NCBI RefSeq assembly: GCF_963506605.1 | Contig: NC_083285.1 | Span: forward strand, 42,036,001 to 42,100,000 | Direction: 5' to 3' | DNA from: Zootoca vivipara | Taxonomy: Eukaryota | DNA: 64,000 bases | Part shown: positions 13,701 to 41,203 of the stretch, in pieces | Layout: each line of letters begins with the position of its first letter | Position numbering within the stretch: the first letter of the stretch is position 1 | Translations under genes and position numbers: made by a program | The notes under the pieces: model-generated | Databases searched by the model: none | Seen by the model: the letters and a program-made list of their open reading frames with translations, nothing else | What the model was told of the DNA's origin: nothing

Positions 13701-16700
13701 ATAGCACCATCAATGGCTGATAGCTGTGCTGGCTGTGTACCACCTGCAATGTTTGAGGTGCCATGCCTCCGAATATTAGTTGCTAGGTAAACAAAAGTGG
13801 GGAGAGGACTGTTGCATTGATGTCCTGCTTGAATGCTTCCTATAGGCACCTGACAGGGTGCTAGAATAGATGGGCTTTTGGTCTGATCCCAAGAGGCTGC
13901 TTTTATTCTCAGTAATAGTCCAATTTGGAAAAGGCGAACCAGGAATTACTATCATTAAATATATCATTATAAAAATCTATAGCCAAAGAGCATGTTTTCA
14001 AATTTAATTTGAGATTGATCTTATCCCACAACATCAGAAATCATTTCCATAATGGATTATTATGGATTTGTAAAGGCCAGTTCTGCTTCTTAAAAATGCC
14101 CCTCAAAGTTTTATTTCAAAACACTGCATTCTAAGACCAACCACGGGATGTCACTAGATACATAACCCAAGATGGAATTGGCTCAGATTGTGAAACTAAG
14201 TAATAACAAAGAAGATCAAGTAGATTTGGTTCCCACTCAATTGGTGTTTTGTTCAATTACTTTGTATGAAATTAATTGTTGTGTTAGCCAATAAAGGTCG
14301 TGCTGTATTGGAAAGCTTAGTATACAAATGCCTTCCCATAAAATTGAAGAATATATTTTCTTTGGGATTACCCACTTATAAAAAAGAACAGTCCCTAGAA
14401 CTATCCAACCAGAAGCAACCCAAGTAGGTCCACATCCCATCTACCCTTTGAAAAGTGTTTCTGCACCATGACAGATTTTCTGTTGACACCGTTAGGCACA
14501 ACTGCCTTGTCCCATACCTGTGATGTCACCTTGCCAGCAATCTTCATTCTCTCAATCTCTGCAGCAGATTTAACCAGTCGCAGGTTTTGCACTAAGTGCC
14601 TGATTGCTCGGATACGATTCTTGCTTCTAGCTTTGATTTCTGCCAGGTGTAGCAAGTAATCAGAATGGAGTTGTGGATGCACAGGTTTAGCAAAATCATA
14701 CCAAACCATACTAGATTCATCTGTGAAACAGAATATAAACACGTTAGTTTAATTTGCCATATATATCTCGGGGGAAATCGGTACTTTGAAAATCTGCCTG
14801 AAAGGAATTAGCAAGAACTATTGCTGAAGCTATTCTTTCTATTCTAATGCACCATCCACTTAGAAACAAAATTGTATACTTCTATCGACTATATCTTTTG
14901 GAAAGTTTGCCTGTTCTCCATGCATCTGAGGACACCACTTAAGGTATCTTAACCAAGCTTTACATGATGGTTCCTGAGATCAAACAGCAGGTTTTCATCT
15001 CTGTTTGAATACAATTTTGAATCAAGGTAGCAGACTGAACCATTCAAACCTGCACTGATTTTAATACTTAAAATTCCTGAGCAATGCAATGTATGAGGCT
15101 GCAAGCTAATTATAAGCTGAGAAAATCATAGAGTTGGAAGGTACCTTGGAGGTCATCACCATAGCTGCCAAGTTATCCCTTTTTTTAAGGGAATTTCCCT
15201 TATGCTGAATAGGCTTCCTCGCGAGAAAAGGGAAAACTTGGCAGCTATGGTCATCACCCAGTCCCCCCGCCCAATGTAGGATCTACAATGCAGGATACAA
15301 TTATAGATATTTCACAGCAGAAAATCATCTATGTAAATAGGATATCCACTTCCCTCAATGTAAATAGGTCATCTAATCTTATGGAAAACCAGGCCTTTGG
15401 ATGATATATGTCAGAAAGAAGTAAGCCTGCCAAGTGGGCACATTATTCTTCCCTAATAGTCATTCTTCAAATAAAGGGATCCTGAAGGGACAATGCAAAT
15501 GTTTGCCATGGTACTGAAGACCTCTGTGATTTTTCTACTATATTAGTAAAGATCCCTGAGCCACAGGCCATCCAACAGCCGCAGGAGAATCTAAAATGTC
15601 AATTATGTAACTTTTCTCAAATATTTTTAAAGGGTGGGGGGATTACAACCAGGTAGCTGGGAGCACAAAATTTCTTTGCATGTTTCCACTATGCTCTCCA
15701 CCTGTGAGCAACCCACCCAAAAGCTTTGTACACCCTGCCAAAACTCCTACCAATCCACATCTCCTATATGTTTCTTCTTATTCTTACCTTTCAATTTAGC
15801 CACCAGGTGCCTAAACTCTTCTATGGTATATGCGTCATCCACGCCCGTGAGAGCCACTGCCCCGTCTGTCCCAGACCGTGGTCCATCCCACAGCTCTCTG
15901 CTTGGATCCCGCCGTGGGACAAACAGCAGAGCTTTGTGGGATGGCAAAGGTTTGCCAGGCACAGTCTGTAGCACCAAGATGCTGTCAGGCTCCTGGAACC
16001 CGCACAAATACAGGAAGTTAGTGTCCTGGTGGAAGGTGTATGGAATATCATTGCTCATGTAGTAGGTAGGATTGGATAGCAGAATCACTGTGTGGTCCAT
16101 CCCTGGCACCTCTCTGTGTATCTCAGCCATCAACTTGTGCCTACGGAGAGCATACTCCACTTGCGACAACCCCGGTGTTACTTCTCCTGTGAACAGAAAT
16201 CAAAATAGCTATTCTTGTTTCAAAAACACCTCTTCATGCTGTTAATTTTCCACGCTATGCTGCTAAGCAGCAAATTTTCCTCCTTTCAATTGACTCTCCT
16301 TTCCACCTCACACCCCCTTTTCTCCTCATCACTATTCTTTTGCCTTCTGCAAGGTGGGAAACTTGCTGGACTCTAGCTCCCATCAGCATCAGCCAGAATA
16401 ACCAATGGCTGGGGTGATGGGAATTACAGTCCAGCAACATCTGGAGGGCTACAGGTTGGCTACCCCTGCCCTGCTCCAATGTGTACACATTCTCAGCGTA
16501 TTTCACAGTCATGTGTAAGAAAAAAGCTCCATTTGATATTAACAAACATTAATTCTCAAGGCATTCCACAAGCTAACATAAGAATATTAATTTTTAGATT
16601 GGAGAATAGGTGATGGTGGAGAAAGAAAATAGGTACACTTTAACCCAATTGAAATACTACACTTTTTCAGCTTCTGGATATTGAACAGACAATGCTAGTG

Positions 16701-19700
16701 CTGGGTGCAACCTTTAATGTGAAGTCAGAAGAGATATTAGGTTGCCCAGCGAAAATTTCTCCAAAAATCAAACAGTGAACAATCATCGGACTATTTTTAG
16801 TATTATAAGCTATGTACCTAATAGCTCCAAGGAAAAATTCACTTTCTCGGAACTGCAGATTTAATCTGTCAACCACATTTTATCTGCAAAGAACAGAGTC
16901 TTTTTAACAAAACTGGACTGAAGAAACAAGAGCTGCTGATTGCAAATGAGGTACACTCTTGGCATAATCTATGACCACAATCCTGCACTCATAAACGTTA
17001 ATGAAGTTAAGTGGGACGTTTTATGTGAGAACTGCACCCTTAGGCTACAATCCCTAAGCAAGCTTACATGGAAGGAAGTCCCAGTGAAACTGATAGGAGG
17101 CTCAGGCTGCAAGCAGTTAAATATTACTTTAAAAGGTCTTTGCCTAGAATGTTTATGCTACCTGTTTCATATGGCTACCTTGCATTCAGAATTTTTTCCT
17201 TTACAATAGTCTGGGTTGCCTCTAAAGATCCCATGAGTGGCATTCTACTCCTAGAAAGGTCACTCCCAACACCCGCTAATGAAAGGGGGTGGAGGCCACC
17301 TCTGTTCATTCCAGCCTCTTCCCCTCTGCTGAGGGACCCCACAGAACAGCATGGGAGGTGGTGCAGGCAAGAGGTAGAACTGGTGAAAATTATGCCTCCC
17401 ACTTCCATTAACAGGTGCCTCCACTGGATCAAACCCATAATGAAGTGACATGTGAACCAGCCCATAGTAATGTAATTTTAACTTACTAGTAGAAAGGCAG
17501 GGTATAAAATAATACACAAATAACCACACAGTCCATTCCTATACCAATCTGATTGAACTCAGTGGGACTTAAACATGCATGACAACAGGACACATGTTTG
17601 GAGAGAGAGGCAAATCATAGAATACAAATGGAAAATAAAGGTGTTTGAGATAAAGGAAAAGGATTGTCACTTGTGGAAGAAAGCATGGTTGAACAACAAT
17701 GAGTTTCAAGTGTGGGTGAATGATTCCATTTCTGGAAAATTGATTGCTAGCTATACGGTCATACCTTGGATCTCGAACGCCTTGGCTCCCAAACAAATCA
17801 GCGCCCCAACTACTGAAACCTGGAAGTGAGTGTTCCGGTTTTTGAAAGATTTTTGGAAGCCAAACGTCCGTTGGGGCTTCCACAGCTTCCTGCAGCCAAC
17901 TGGAAGCCGCACTTTGGTTTTTGAACGTTTTGGCAGTCGAATGGACTTCCAGAACGGATTCCGTTCGACTTCCAAGGTATGACTGTACAATTAAATGTCT
18001 GGCCCAGGCCTAATTTACAAATGTCAATCAAGCAAACAGAGATTTTTTTATTTACAAACTTTTTTATTCCACTCTTCTGTCAGAAGCACATCATTAAAAT
18101 GGCCTAAAGGCCTAGTGGAATAAAACTGTCTTCCCTGCCTACTTGAAGACCCATAAATATGGGCCCAGACTGACATGGGAAGGTATTCCAAATTTTCACT
18201 GCTATGATAAGGAAAGACCTGGCATTCTGCCCACCTGCTGCAACTCTGAAGGTAGGAAAATATGGAACTGGTGTTCAGAAAAGTTCTTGGGGAAGGATAT
18301 AAGTTTGTTATCTGGAGAAGTGTGCATGCACACGAAAGCTTATACCAGAACAAACTTAGTTGGTCTTTAAGGTGCTACTGGACTTTTTAAAAAATGTTTT
18401 AATTTATTTCGACAGCGTCAGACCAACACGGCTACCCACCTGAATCAAGATAAGTTCTGTCAATCGTAAGAACTATGTGGATTTTTTTTCTGCTGCTGCT
18501 GTCATGGAAATATTTGTTGGCCATACCTGCTTGGTTTAGATGTTGCCTTTGCTGACAGAAATGTACATTTTCCATTCCCCCATTTCACTGTTCTATACGT
18601 AAAATGTTTGCTGTATTTATCTCAGTTTTATCTCATATTGGGATGCTCTATTATTTTAAGCAATGAGTCTGAACTGATTGAGAAATGCATACATAGGGAT
18701 GATACCTCTTTGGAATTTTAGGAAATACTTTCTGAATGTGAATTCCACTAAGGATGTACAGTACCATTTTCCTCATCTTTGTGCAAAATAAAAAGAATCT
18801 AATGACACAGCTCAGAAACTAGTGTCCGTGGTTGCTATCCTATGCAAACATGGCAGGGAGTAAGTCCCAGTGAATACAGTGTTTCTTACCTCTGAGTAAA
18901 TATGCTTAGACTGTACTGAAATGATCCTTACCTGCTTTCAGAAGATGTGGATGTGTGAAAGGGCTAGGTTGACCTAGGTACCGGTTTGGAATCTTCCTTT
19001 GCTGAACAGGCTGGATGGACAATTTCCGAAAGAAACAGAACTTGCAGTCTAAAAGAAAACAGCTGCATTGTGTCAAGCTGAAAGACCTTTCCCTTTCTAG
19101 GTGTAATACAGTCAAGTCACACGCTTGCCATTCTTTTCACCTTTTTTCTAAGGCAAATCCACATGGAATAACCTGCAGTGCAAGCCTATAAATGTCTACT
19201 CAAGATGTAAGCCCCACTGAATTCACAAGTACTTACTCCAAAAAGTACTGTAGGTTATGGATGGGAGATTCAAAAAGATTTAAATCTTCAAGTTACTTAC
19301 AAATGTGACAGAACAGAATTGCACAAATTCTCTTTAACTTTCAGAAAGGACATCAGTTTTAAGAATTTTTTTGTCCTCAGTATTTCCATCACAAAGGCTG
19401 CAAATACCTTAGCTGTGGCACTTACCCTCCTTTTACCAGGGTAAGGTTAACTAATACTCTTCTACTAGAGGGATAGGAAACCTGTGGTTATCCAAACATT
19501 GGTGCTCTCCATCTACCATCAGCCCAAGTCTGTATGGTCCATGATCAAGGATGCTGGGAGCTGCAATCTAATGACCTCTGGGGAGGACACAGGTTCCCCA
19601 CACCTGTTCTACAATATAACTAAAATATTGTAGTGATGCTTCTATTAACCATCCTTCCAAAACTATACAATGAGATTAAAGTGTGTGTGTGTGTAAGAAT

Positions 19701-22700
19701 GTGACTGTATTGCAAGTTACATTCTGGTACAGTAGTACCTCGGGTTACAAACGCTTCAGGTTACAAACTCCGCTGACTCAGAAATAGTACCTCAGGTTAA
19801 GAACTTTGCTTCAGGATGAGAACAGAAATCGTGCTCCGGCAGCACGGCGGCAACAGGAGGTCCCATTAGCTAAAGTGGTGTTTCAGGTTAAGAACAGTTT
19901 CAGGTTAAGAACGGACCTTCGGAACGAATTAAGTTCTTAACCAGAGGTACCACTGTATTCCTTTTATCTCTTCCTGTGCAACACAGTATTTTTAATAGTA
20001 TTTGTTTTGTAAGGACACTGTCCTAACTCTCCTCTGCCCTGGTAGACCCTGTAATGCTTTTTTCTCTTCCTTGGAACTGAGTAGGGGACTACCACATGAC
20101 ACGAAAACATTTTACCGCCTGTCCAATTATTAATGTACTCTTATCAATATAGATTTTATTCATATGCACTTGGAATACACTGAAAATATTGAGAATCGGA
20201 CTTATTTGAGGGGGGCGGGTATCAAAGTATTTCATTCAAGTGCCAAAATACTACGTTTGCATAAACTGCTAACACTCACAAGAGTGGGCAACCAAGTAAG
20301 TGCATAAAAATTGCTAATAGATGTCATTACAGACCAAGAATACAATCTAGAGAAAATCAGTAGTAGTTGAGGTTGAAATCCTATGCATAAAAACCATTGA
20401 ATTAAGTTGGGTTGGGGGTGCCAAACTCTGCATAGGTTCAGGGTCTCCTATACACACTTCCTTAGCAGCAAGCCCAGTTGAACACAATAAGTGTTTCCAA
20501 GTAAATATGCATGGGATTGGATTGGACTACATACACACTGAAGTAAATGGAAACTAGAGTGATGGCTGTCTACTACAGTGATGGCAAACCTATGACACGT
20601 GTGTCAGACATGACACGCAGAGCCCTCACTGCTGGCACGCGCCCCATCGGGCAATTCACGCTGTTGTTGCCCCCCCCCCCAATTCTCCTGCTCCTCCTAC
20701 AGCTTGTCTCCGCTACAGCTTGTCTCCACTGTTAAAACCCGGATAACTTTTTGTTGTTGTTGCTGGTAGCCAGATTGGTTTTTTAAAAACTTTCTGTGCT
20801 GTTTCTTTCTGGCGCTTTTGCAGACTATGTCGGTGCTGCATGTTAGTTCTAGCGAAGGTATTATTCGTCATTTATTTCTGTTCTCTTTCTCCCCAAAAAA
20901 ACACAGCAGCTTTGGGGCACCCCCAAAAAAGCAAAGCAACTTTTGCACCCCCCCAAAAAAACCTCCAAAACTTTGGTCAGCAGCTCCCCCCAAAAAGCTC
21001 AACAACTCTGGGTTTTTGGTTTGGTTAAATAATTAGTTTTTGGTTTATTAAATACAGTTATATATTACAATTATACATTTTTGTTATTTAAACTATAAAT
21101 ATCACAAAATAATGGTTTTTTTTCACAAAGTGACAAACCACCCGAGTTATGCTTGGTTTTTTGGTGAATTTTGACACACCAAGCTCAAAAGTTTGCCCAT
21201 CACTGCTCTACTAGAAGGAAGTACCCAATTATTACCCCTCATAAATCTGCTCAGGAATGCAACTTTTCAGCTTTATACTTAGCATGTTTACCCAGAAACT
21301 CAATAGGACGTATTCCAATATAAGTACTGTATGAATAGGTTGCCCACATTTTCATGCAGAAATAAATCCAACAGAATTTAAAGGGTCTACCATCAGGTAA
21401 ACATGCATAGGAATACAATCTCCCCCACCACTTGCATTTTGCAGCAGTATCCCCAGGTGCAAATACTACAAAGCTCCATAGAACTTTCTTCCTAGAAAGG
21501 GTGCTCAGGACTACAAACTTAGCACCCAATCCAGTCATTGCATTTTCCTTTGAGTTTTCTTTAAAACTCAATGTGATCATACAGGTCTTCCTGTCATATA
21601 AATCTTCATTTTTTACACATTTTGAAAGGTGACATACAGTATAGTACAGGCATCCCCAAACTTCGGCCCTCCAGATGTTTTGGACTACAATTCCCATCAT
21701 CCCTGACCACTGGTCCTGTTAGCTAGGGATCATGGGAGTTGTAGGCCAAAACATCTGGAGGGCCGCAGTTTGGGGATGCCTGGTATAGTATGAAAAATAT
21801 AAAAGAACTAGGTTATCTTTAGCATTCACTTTCTCAATTAAAAACCTTTAATGTATGTCCTTTTAATCTGTAATGTGTAACGGATTGTTTCAAAGGTTGA
21901 CAAGGAAGCTTAACCTTATTATTATTTTTCAATTCAACAATTCAAAATTAGTAAGATAAACAAAAGACTTTGCAACAATGGATATTTTTATTTGCTTTTA
22001 TAGAATTGCACAAATATATTCTATCAGAAATGTACAAATGGAAGGGCCAAAATAAAGCAGCCACAGTTACTTGATTTAATGAATATTAGGGAGAATCAAA
22101 TCATTTCAATAAACAGAGGTTTGAACAAATGCAAGTATAAGAGAAACTATACCAGGTAGTTTCACAAACTACACAAAATCCAGCCATACTGTACTTGAAA
22201 ACACAAGTCCACTAATCTCTGTGTGGAAGAGTTAAAACACATAATTTCTCCAACTGAGAACAATGAGACTTAAATGAGTATAAAACTCAGCTAATTCATG
22301 GCCAGAAATGAATTAAGGTAACGAAATTCAAATTAAATGAGAATTTCCACTACATAATATTTTGGTCCTATCTTGAACTGCATTGTCTGAAAACCATGCT
22401 CTCTTTTTATGACCTCAGTTCTGAATTCAGAGGTTGATTTAGTTTTAGCGACCCTAAACACCCGAGAACCTTTGTCTTTCGTCTTTATAGCGGTATGGTC
22501 TTCCGCTTAACCTAATATGGCCTTCTGTAGATTTTGTGTCTTATCATAGAAATGTATTTTAACTGGATTAATAACCCAGTTACATGAACTGGTTTCCGTT
22601 GTCCATGGTGGAAACTAAAGTGCACACACAGTGGAACCGAGTGCCTAGCGTAAGAAACTCCCACCCTCCCCAGAACGAAGGAAGCTCATCTTTAGAAGGA

Positions 22701-22776
22701 AAGAAAGTCTCTGACCTGAAAAGTTGCACATGCCCCTTACAGGCTGGATAAGTCTCTGTGCTAGGAACAACACCAT
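1574..22776 (-). CDS. XPNPEP3: Xaa-Pro aminopeptidase 3 (M24B, Icp55 orthologue), spliced gene, 10 coding exons, 1515 nt, 504 aa
   Basis: Exons in transcript order: 22776-22716, 19048-18932, 16186-15788, 14720-14518, 12326-12264, 10567-10454, 6507-6422, 5584-5401, 2765-2645, 1740-1574. All junctions are GT-AG and phases are consistent. Motifs: [68 protein letters not shown] (M24 metal ligands). Confidence 0.96.
1896..2102. mobile_element. Truncated copy of the 17756 MITE family
   Basis: TA-CAGTCATAACTCGG start; shared GAAGTGAGTGTTC.G.TTT and TTTTGGAAGCC blocks; right TIR missing. Confidence 0.65.
2645..2765 (-). CDS. XPNPEP3: XPNPEP3 coding exon 9
   Basis: 121 nt, AG/GT flanks; [40 protein letters not shown]. 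Confidence 0.95.
3861..4067. mobile_element. Penelope-like element end (pseudo-LTR), inverted pair
   Basis: Perfect 79-bp arms 3897-3975 and 3989-4067; flanking direct repeat GTTTTTAAAT (3850-3859, 4071-4080); GTAGCCGTGTTGGTCTG terminus recognised as reptile Penelope-type. Confidence 0.75.
3978..4015 (+). ncRNA. Minimal type I hammerhead ribozyme motif
   Basis: GTAT-CTGAAGA-A-GTGTG(CATG)CACAC-GAAA-GC-TC-ATAC: stem I GTAT/ATAC, CUGANGA box, stem II hairpin, GAAA, palindromic AGCU in place of stem III, UH = UC. Confidence 0.65.
5401..5584 (-). CDS. XPNPEP3: XPNPEP3 coding exon 8
   Basis: 184 nt; [50 protein letters not shown]...HLFK. Confidence 0.94.
5750..5842 (+). mobile_element. Penelope-like end fragment with hammerhead core but no 5' stem I
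   Basis: CTGAAGAAGTGTGCATGCACACGAAAGCTCATACC...TTAGTTGGTCTCTAAGGTGCTACTG. Confidence 0.7.
6422..6507 (-). CDS. XPNPEP3: XPNPEP3 coding exon 7
   Basis: 86 nt; [28 protein letters not shown]. Confidence 0.95.
6858..6993. mobile_element. ~136-bp palindromic hAT-type MITE (family A)
   Basis: CAGGCA...TGCCTG ends; internal CCAGATGTTTTGG.CTACAA.TCCCAT inverted pair. Confidence 0.8.
8983..9118. mobile_element. hAT-type MITE family A
   Basis: Same consensus; inserted at the end of an older related palindromic repeat. Confidence 0.8.
10454..10567 (-). CDS. XPNPEP3: XPNPEP3 coding exon 6
   Basis: 114 nt; [38 protein letters not shown]. Confidence 0.95.
10682..10920 (+). mobile_element. hAT (Charlie-like) MITE family B
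   Basis: CAGGGGTC...GACCCCTG TIRs; TSD TGGTAGAG. Confidence 0.85.
11446..11580. mobile_element. hAT-type MITE family A
   Basis: 8-bp TSD TCTTAGAA/TCCTAGAA. Confidence 0.82.
11673..12060 (-). mobile_element. Sauria SINE
   Basis: (ACCTTT)n tail, tRNA-derived head; TSD TCTGAAGTAT (11659-11668, 12061-12070). Confidence 0.88.
12264..12326 (-). CDS. XPNPEP3: XPNPEP3 coding exon 5
   Basis: 63 nt; [21 protein letters not shown]; not in the ORF track because it is short. Confidence 0.94.
13126..13163 (-). ncRNA. Minimal type I hammerhead ribozyme motif (sense to XPNPEP3 pre-mRNA)
   Basis: Reverse complement reads GTATCTGAAGAAGTGTGCATGCACACGAAAGCTCATAC, all core elements intact. Confidence 0.65.
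13171..13208 (+). ncRNA. Minimal type I hammerhead ribozyme motif
   Basis: Same 38-nt motif as 3978-4015. Confidence 0.65.
13660..13910 (+). mobile_element. Degenerate CR1 3' end
   Basis: TTTAAAAGGG...ATTCATGGA...CATCAATGGCT...TAGATGGGC...GGTCTGATCC. Confidence 0.55.
14518..14720 (-). CDS. XPNPEP3: XPNPEP3 coding exon 4
   Basis: 203 nt; [21 protein letters not shown]...[22 protein letters not shown]. Confidence 0.95.
15160..15249. mobile_element. 90-bp hAT-type MITE nested in a CR1-type tail
   Basis: TIR CATAGCTGCCAAGTT; TSD GTCATCAC; interrupts ATCATAGAGTTGGAAGG...GGTCATC...CAGTCC. Confidence 0.8.
15788..16186 (-). CDS. XPNPEP3: XPNPEP3 coding exon 3 (AMP_N domain)
   Basis: 399 nt; [19 protein letters not shown]...[20 protein letters not shown]...[11 protein letters not shown]. 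Confidence 0.96.
17756..17985. mobile_element. Tc1/mariner (Tigger-like) MITE
   Basis: TA-CGGTCATACCTTGGA ... TCCAAGGTATGACTG-TA. Confidence 0.8.
18310..18446 (+). mobile_element. Penelope-like end fragment, hammerhead core mutated (CTGGAGA)
   Basis: Same family; ends CAGACCAACACGGCTACCCACCTG. Confidence 0.7.
18932..19048 (-). CDS. XPNPEP3: XPNPEP3 coding exon 2
   Basis: 117 nt; [38 protein letters not shown]. Confidence 0.93.
19730..19955. mobile_element. Tc1/mariner (Tigger-like) MITE
   Basis: TA-CAGTAGTACCTCGGGTTA ... TAACCAGAGGTACCACTG-TA. Confidence 0.82.
20576..21205. mobile_element. Non-autonomous hAT element with CAGTGATGG TIRs
   Basis: CAGTGATGGCAAACCTATGACACGTGTGTCAG ... AAAGTTTGCCCATCACTG; TSD GTCTACTA/CTCTACTA. 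Confidence 0.8.
21647..21782. mobile_element. hAT-type MITE family A
   Basis: Perfect 8-bp TSD GTATAGTA. Confidence 0.85.
22716..22776 (-). CDS. XPNPEP3: XPNPEP3 first coding exon (start of predicted mitochondrial presequence)
   Basis: gccATGG Kozak context; [20 protein letters not shown] (Arg-containing, no acidic residues); phase-1 donor CAG|gtcaga fits the next exon; acceptor tgtccttgcag upstream puts the exon start at 22791. Confidence 0.75.
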
Positions 22777-23101
22777 GGCTGAACCCCCTGCCTGCAAGGA
22801 CAGCACCCACCACTACAGGGCGATCTCTGAGGGGAAACCGGAGTCCCTCTTCCTCTCTTTCCCAAGTCCCCACTCCCTAGCATGCCAGCCTAAACTAAGC
22901 TCAAATAGAGCACAGGCACGTTGAGAGGACCTTCTCTGCTTTGAGTCGAAGCTTGATGGCGTCATTACGCCCATTACGACCGGAGATTGCATCCCACTTC
23001 CTTCCTTCCGGGTGTGTGCGGTGCTCGCTAGGAAATTTTTATTTAGGCGACTAAGTAAAACGCCTGCTTGTAAAAACACACACGGGGAGACCCATACTCA
23101 C

Positions 23102-23210
23102 GCGCAGAGAGCCCGTTTAGTTTCAGTTATTGCCCTCTGGCGAGTGAAATAACTCGGTGTTACTATCCAAGTGGGAACGGCGGGGGCGGGACAACGGAAA
23201 GAGGCAAATG
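23102..23210 (-). other. XPNPEP3: Putative non-coding first exon of XPNPEP3 (5' boundary uncertain)
   Basis: Strong donor GC|GTGAGT at 23101-23096 inside the CpG island; no ATG in the preceding ~100 nt. Confidence 0.5.
23131..23143 (-). promoter_or_regulatory. CTCF-like motif
   Basis: Minus strand TCGCCAGAGGGCA resembles the CTCF core; motif match only. Confidence 0.4.
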
Positions 23211-23231
23211 TATTGGGCAACTCAGGTTTCA

Positions 23232-23246
23232 TTTCTGGAAAATTCC
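23232..23246. promoter_or_regulatory. Heat shock element (HSF site)
   Basis: tTTCtgGAAaaTTCc, three perfect alternating nGAAn units upstream of an Hsp70 co-chaperone gene. Confidence 0.7.
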
Positions 23247-23520
23247 GGTCCGCCCCGCGCGAGCGTCGCTCGAGGGGCCACGGCGGGTGGGTGGCGAGGG
23301 CGCAGTGGGAGGAGCAAAGGGGGAAGGCAGCCAGCGCAGCGGGAGCGGCAGCCTCGAGCGAGCGAGCGAGCGAAAGCTGACAGGGGGCGGGGCAGGAGGG
23401 GCGGGGAGCGCGTGCGCGTGGCGCTGAACTGAATTGCGCGTGACAGGCAGCGGGGCCCCGAGCAAGAGGGAGGGGAAGGAGGCTGGGAACTTTCGTTACT
23501 CCACTTGGAGGGAAGCTCAA

Positions 23521-23548
23521 GCGGCGGCGGCAGCAGCAGCAGCAACAA
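23521..23548 (+). repeat. (GCG)3(GCA)5 trinucleotide tract in the ST13 5' leader
   Basis: GCGGCGGCGGCAGCAGCAGCAGCAACAA. Confidence 0.8.
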
Positions 23549-23603
23549 CCACCGCAATAGTAGCAGCCGCGCGGGGGACGCGCGGGAGGGAAGTGGGCGA
23601 GCC

Positions 23604-41203
<17,600 letters not shown>

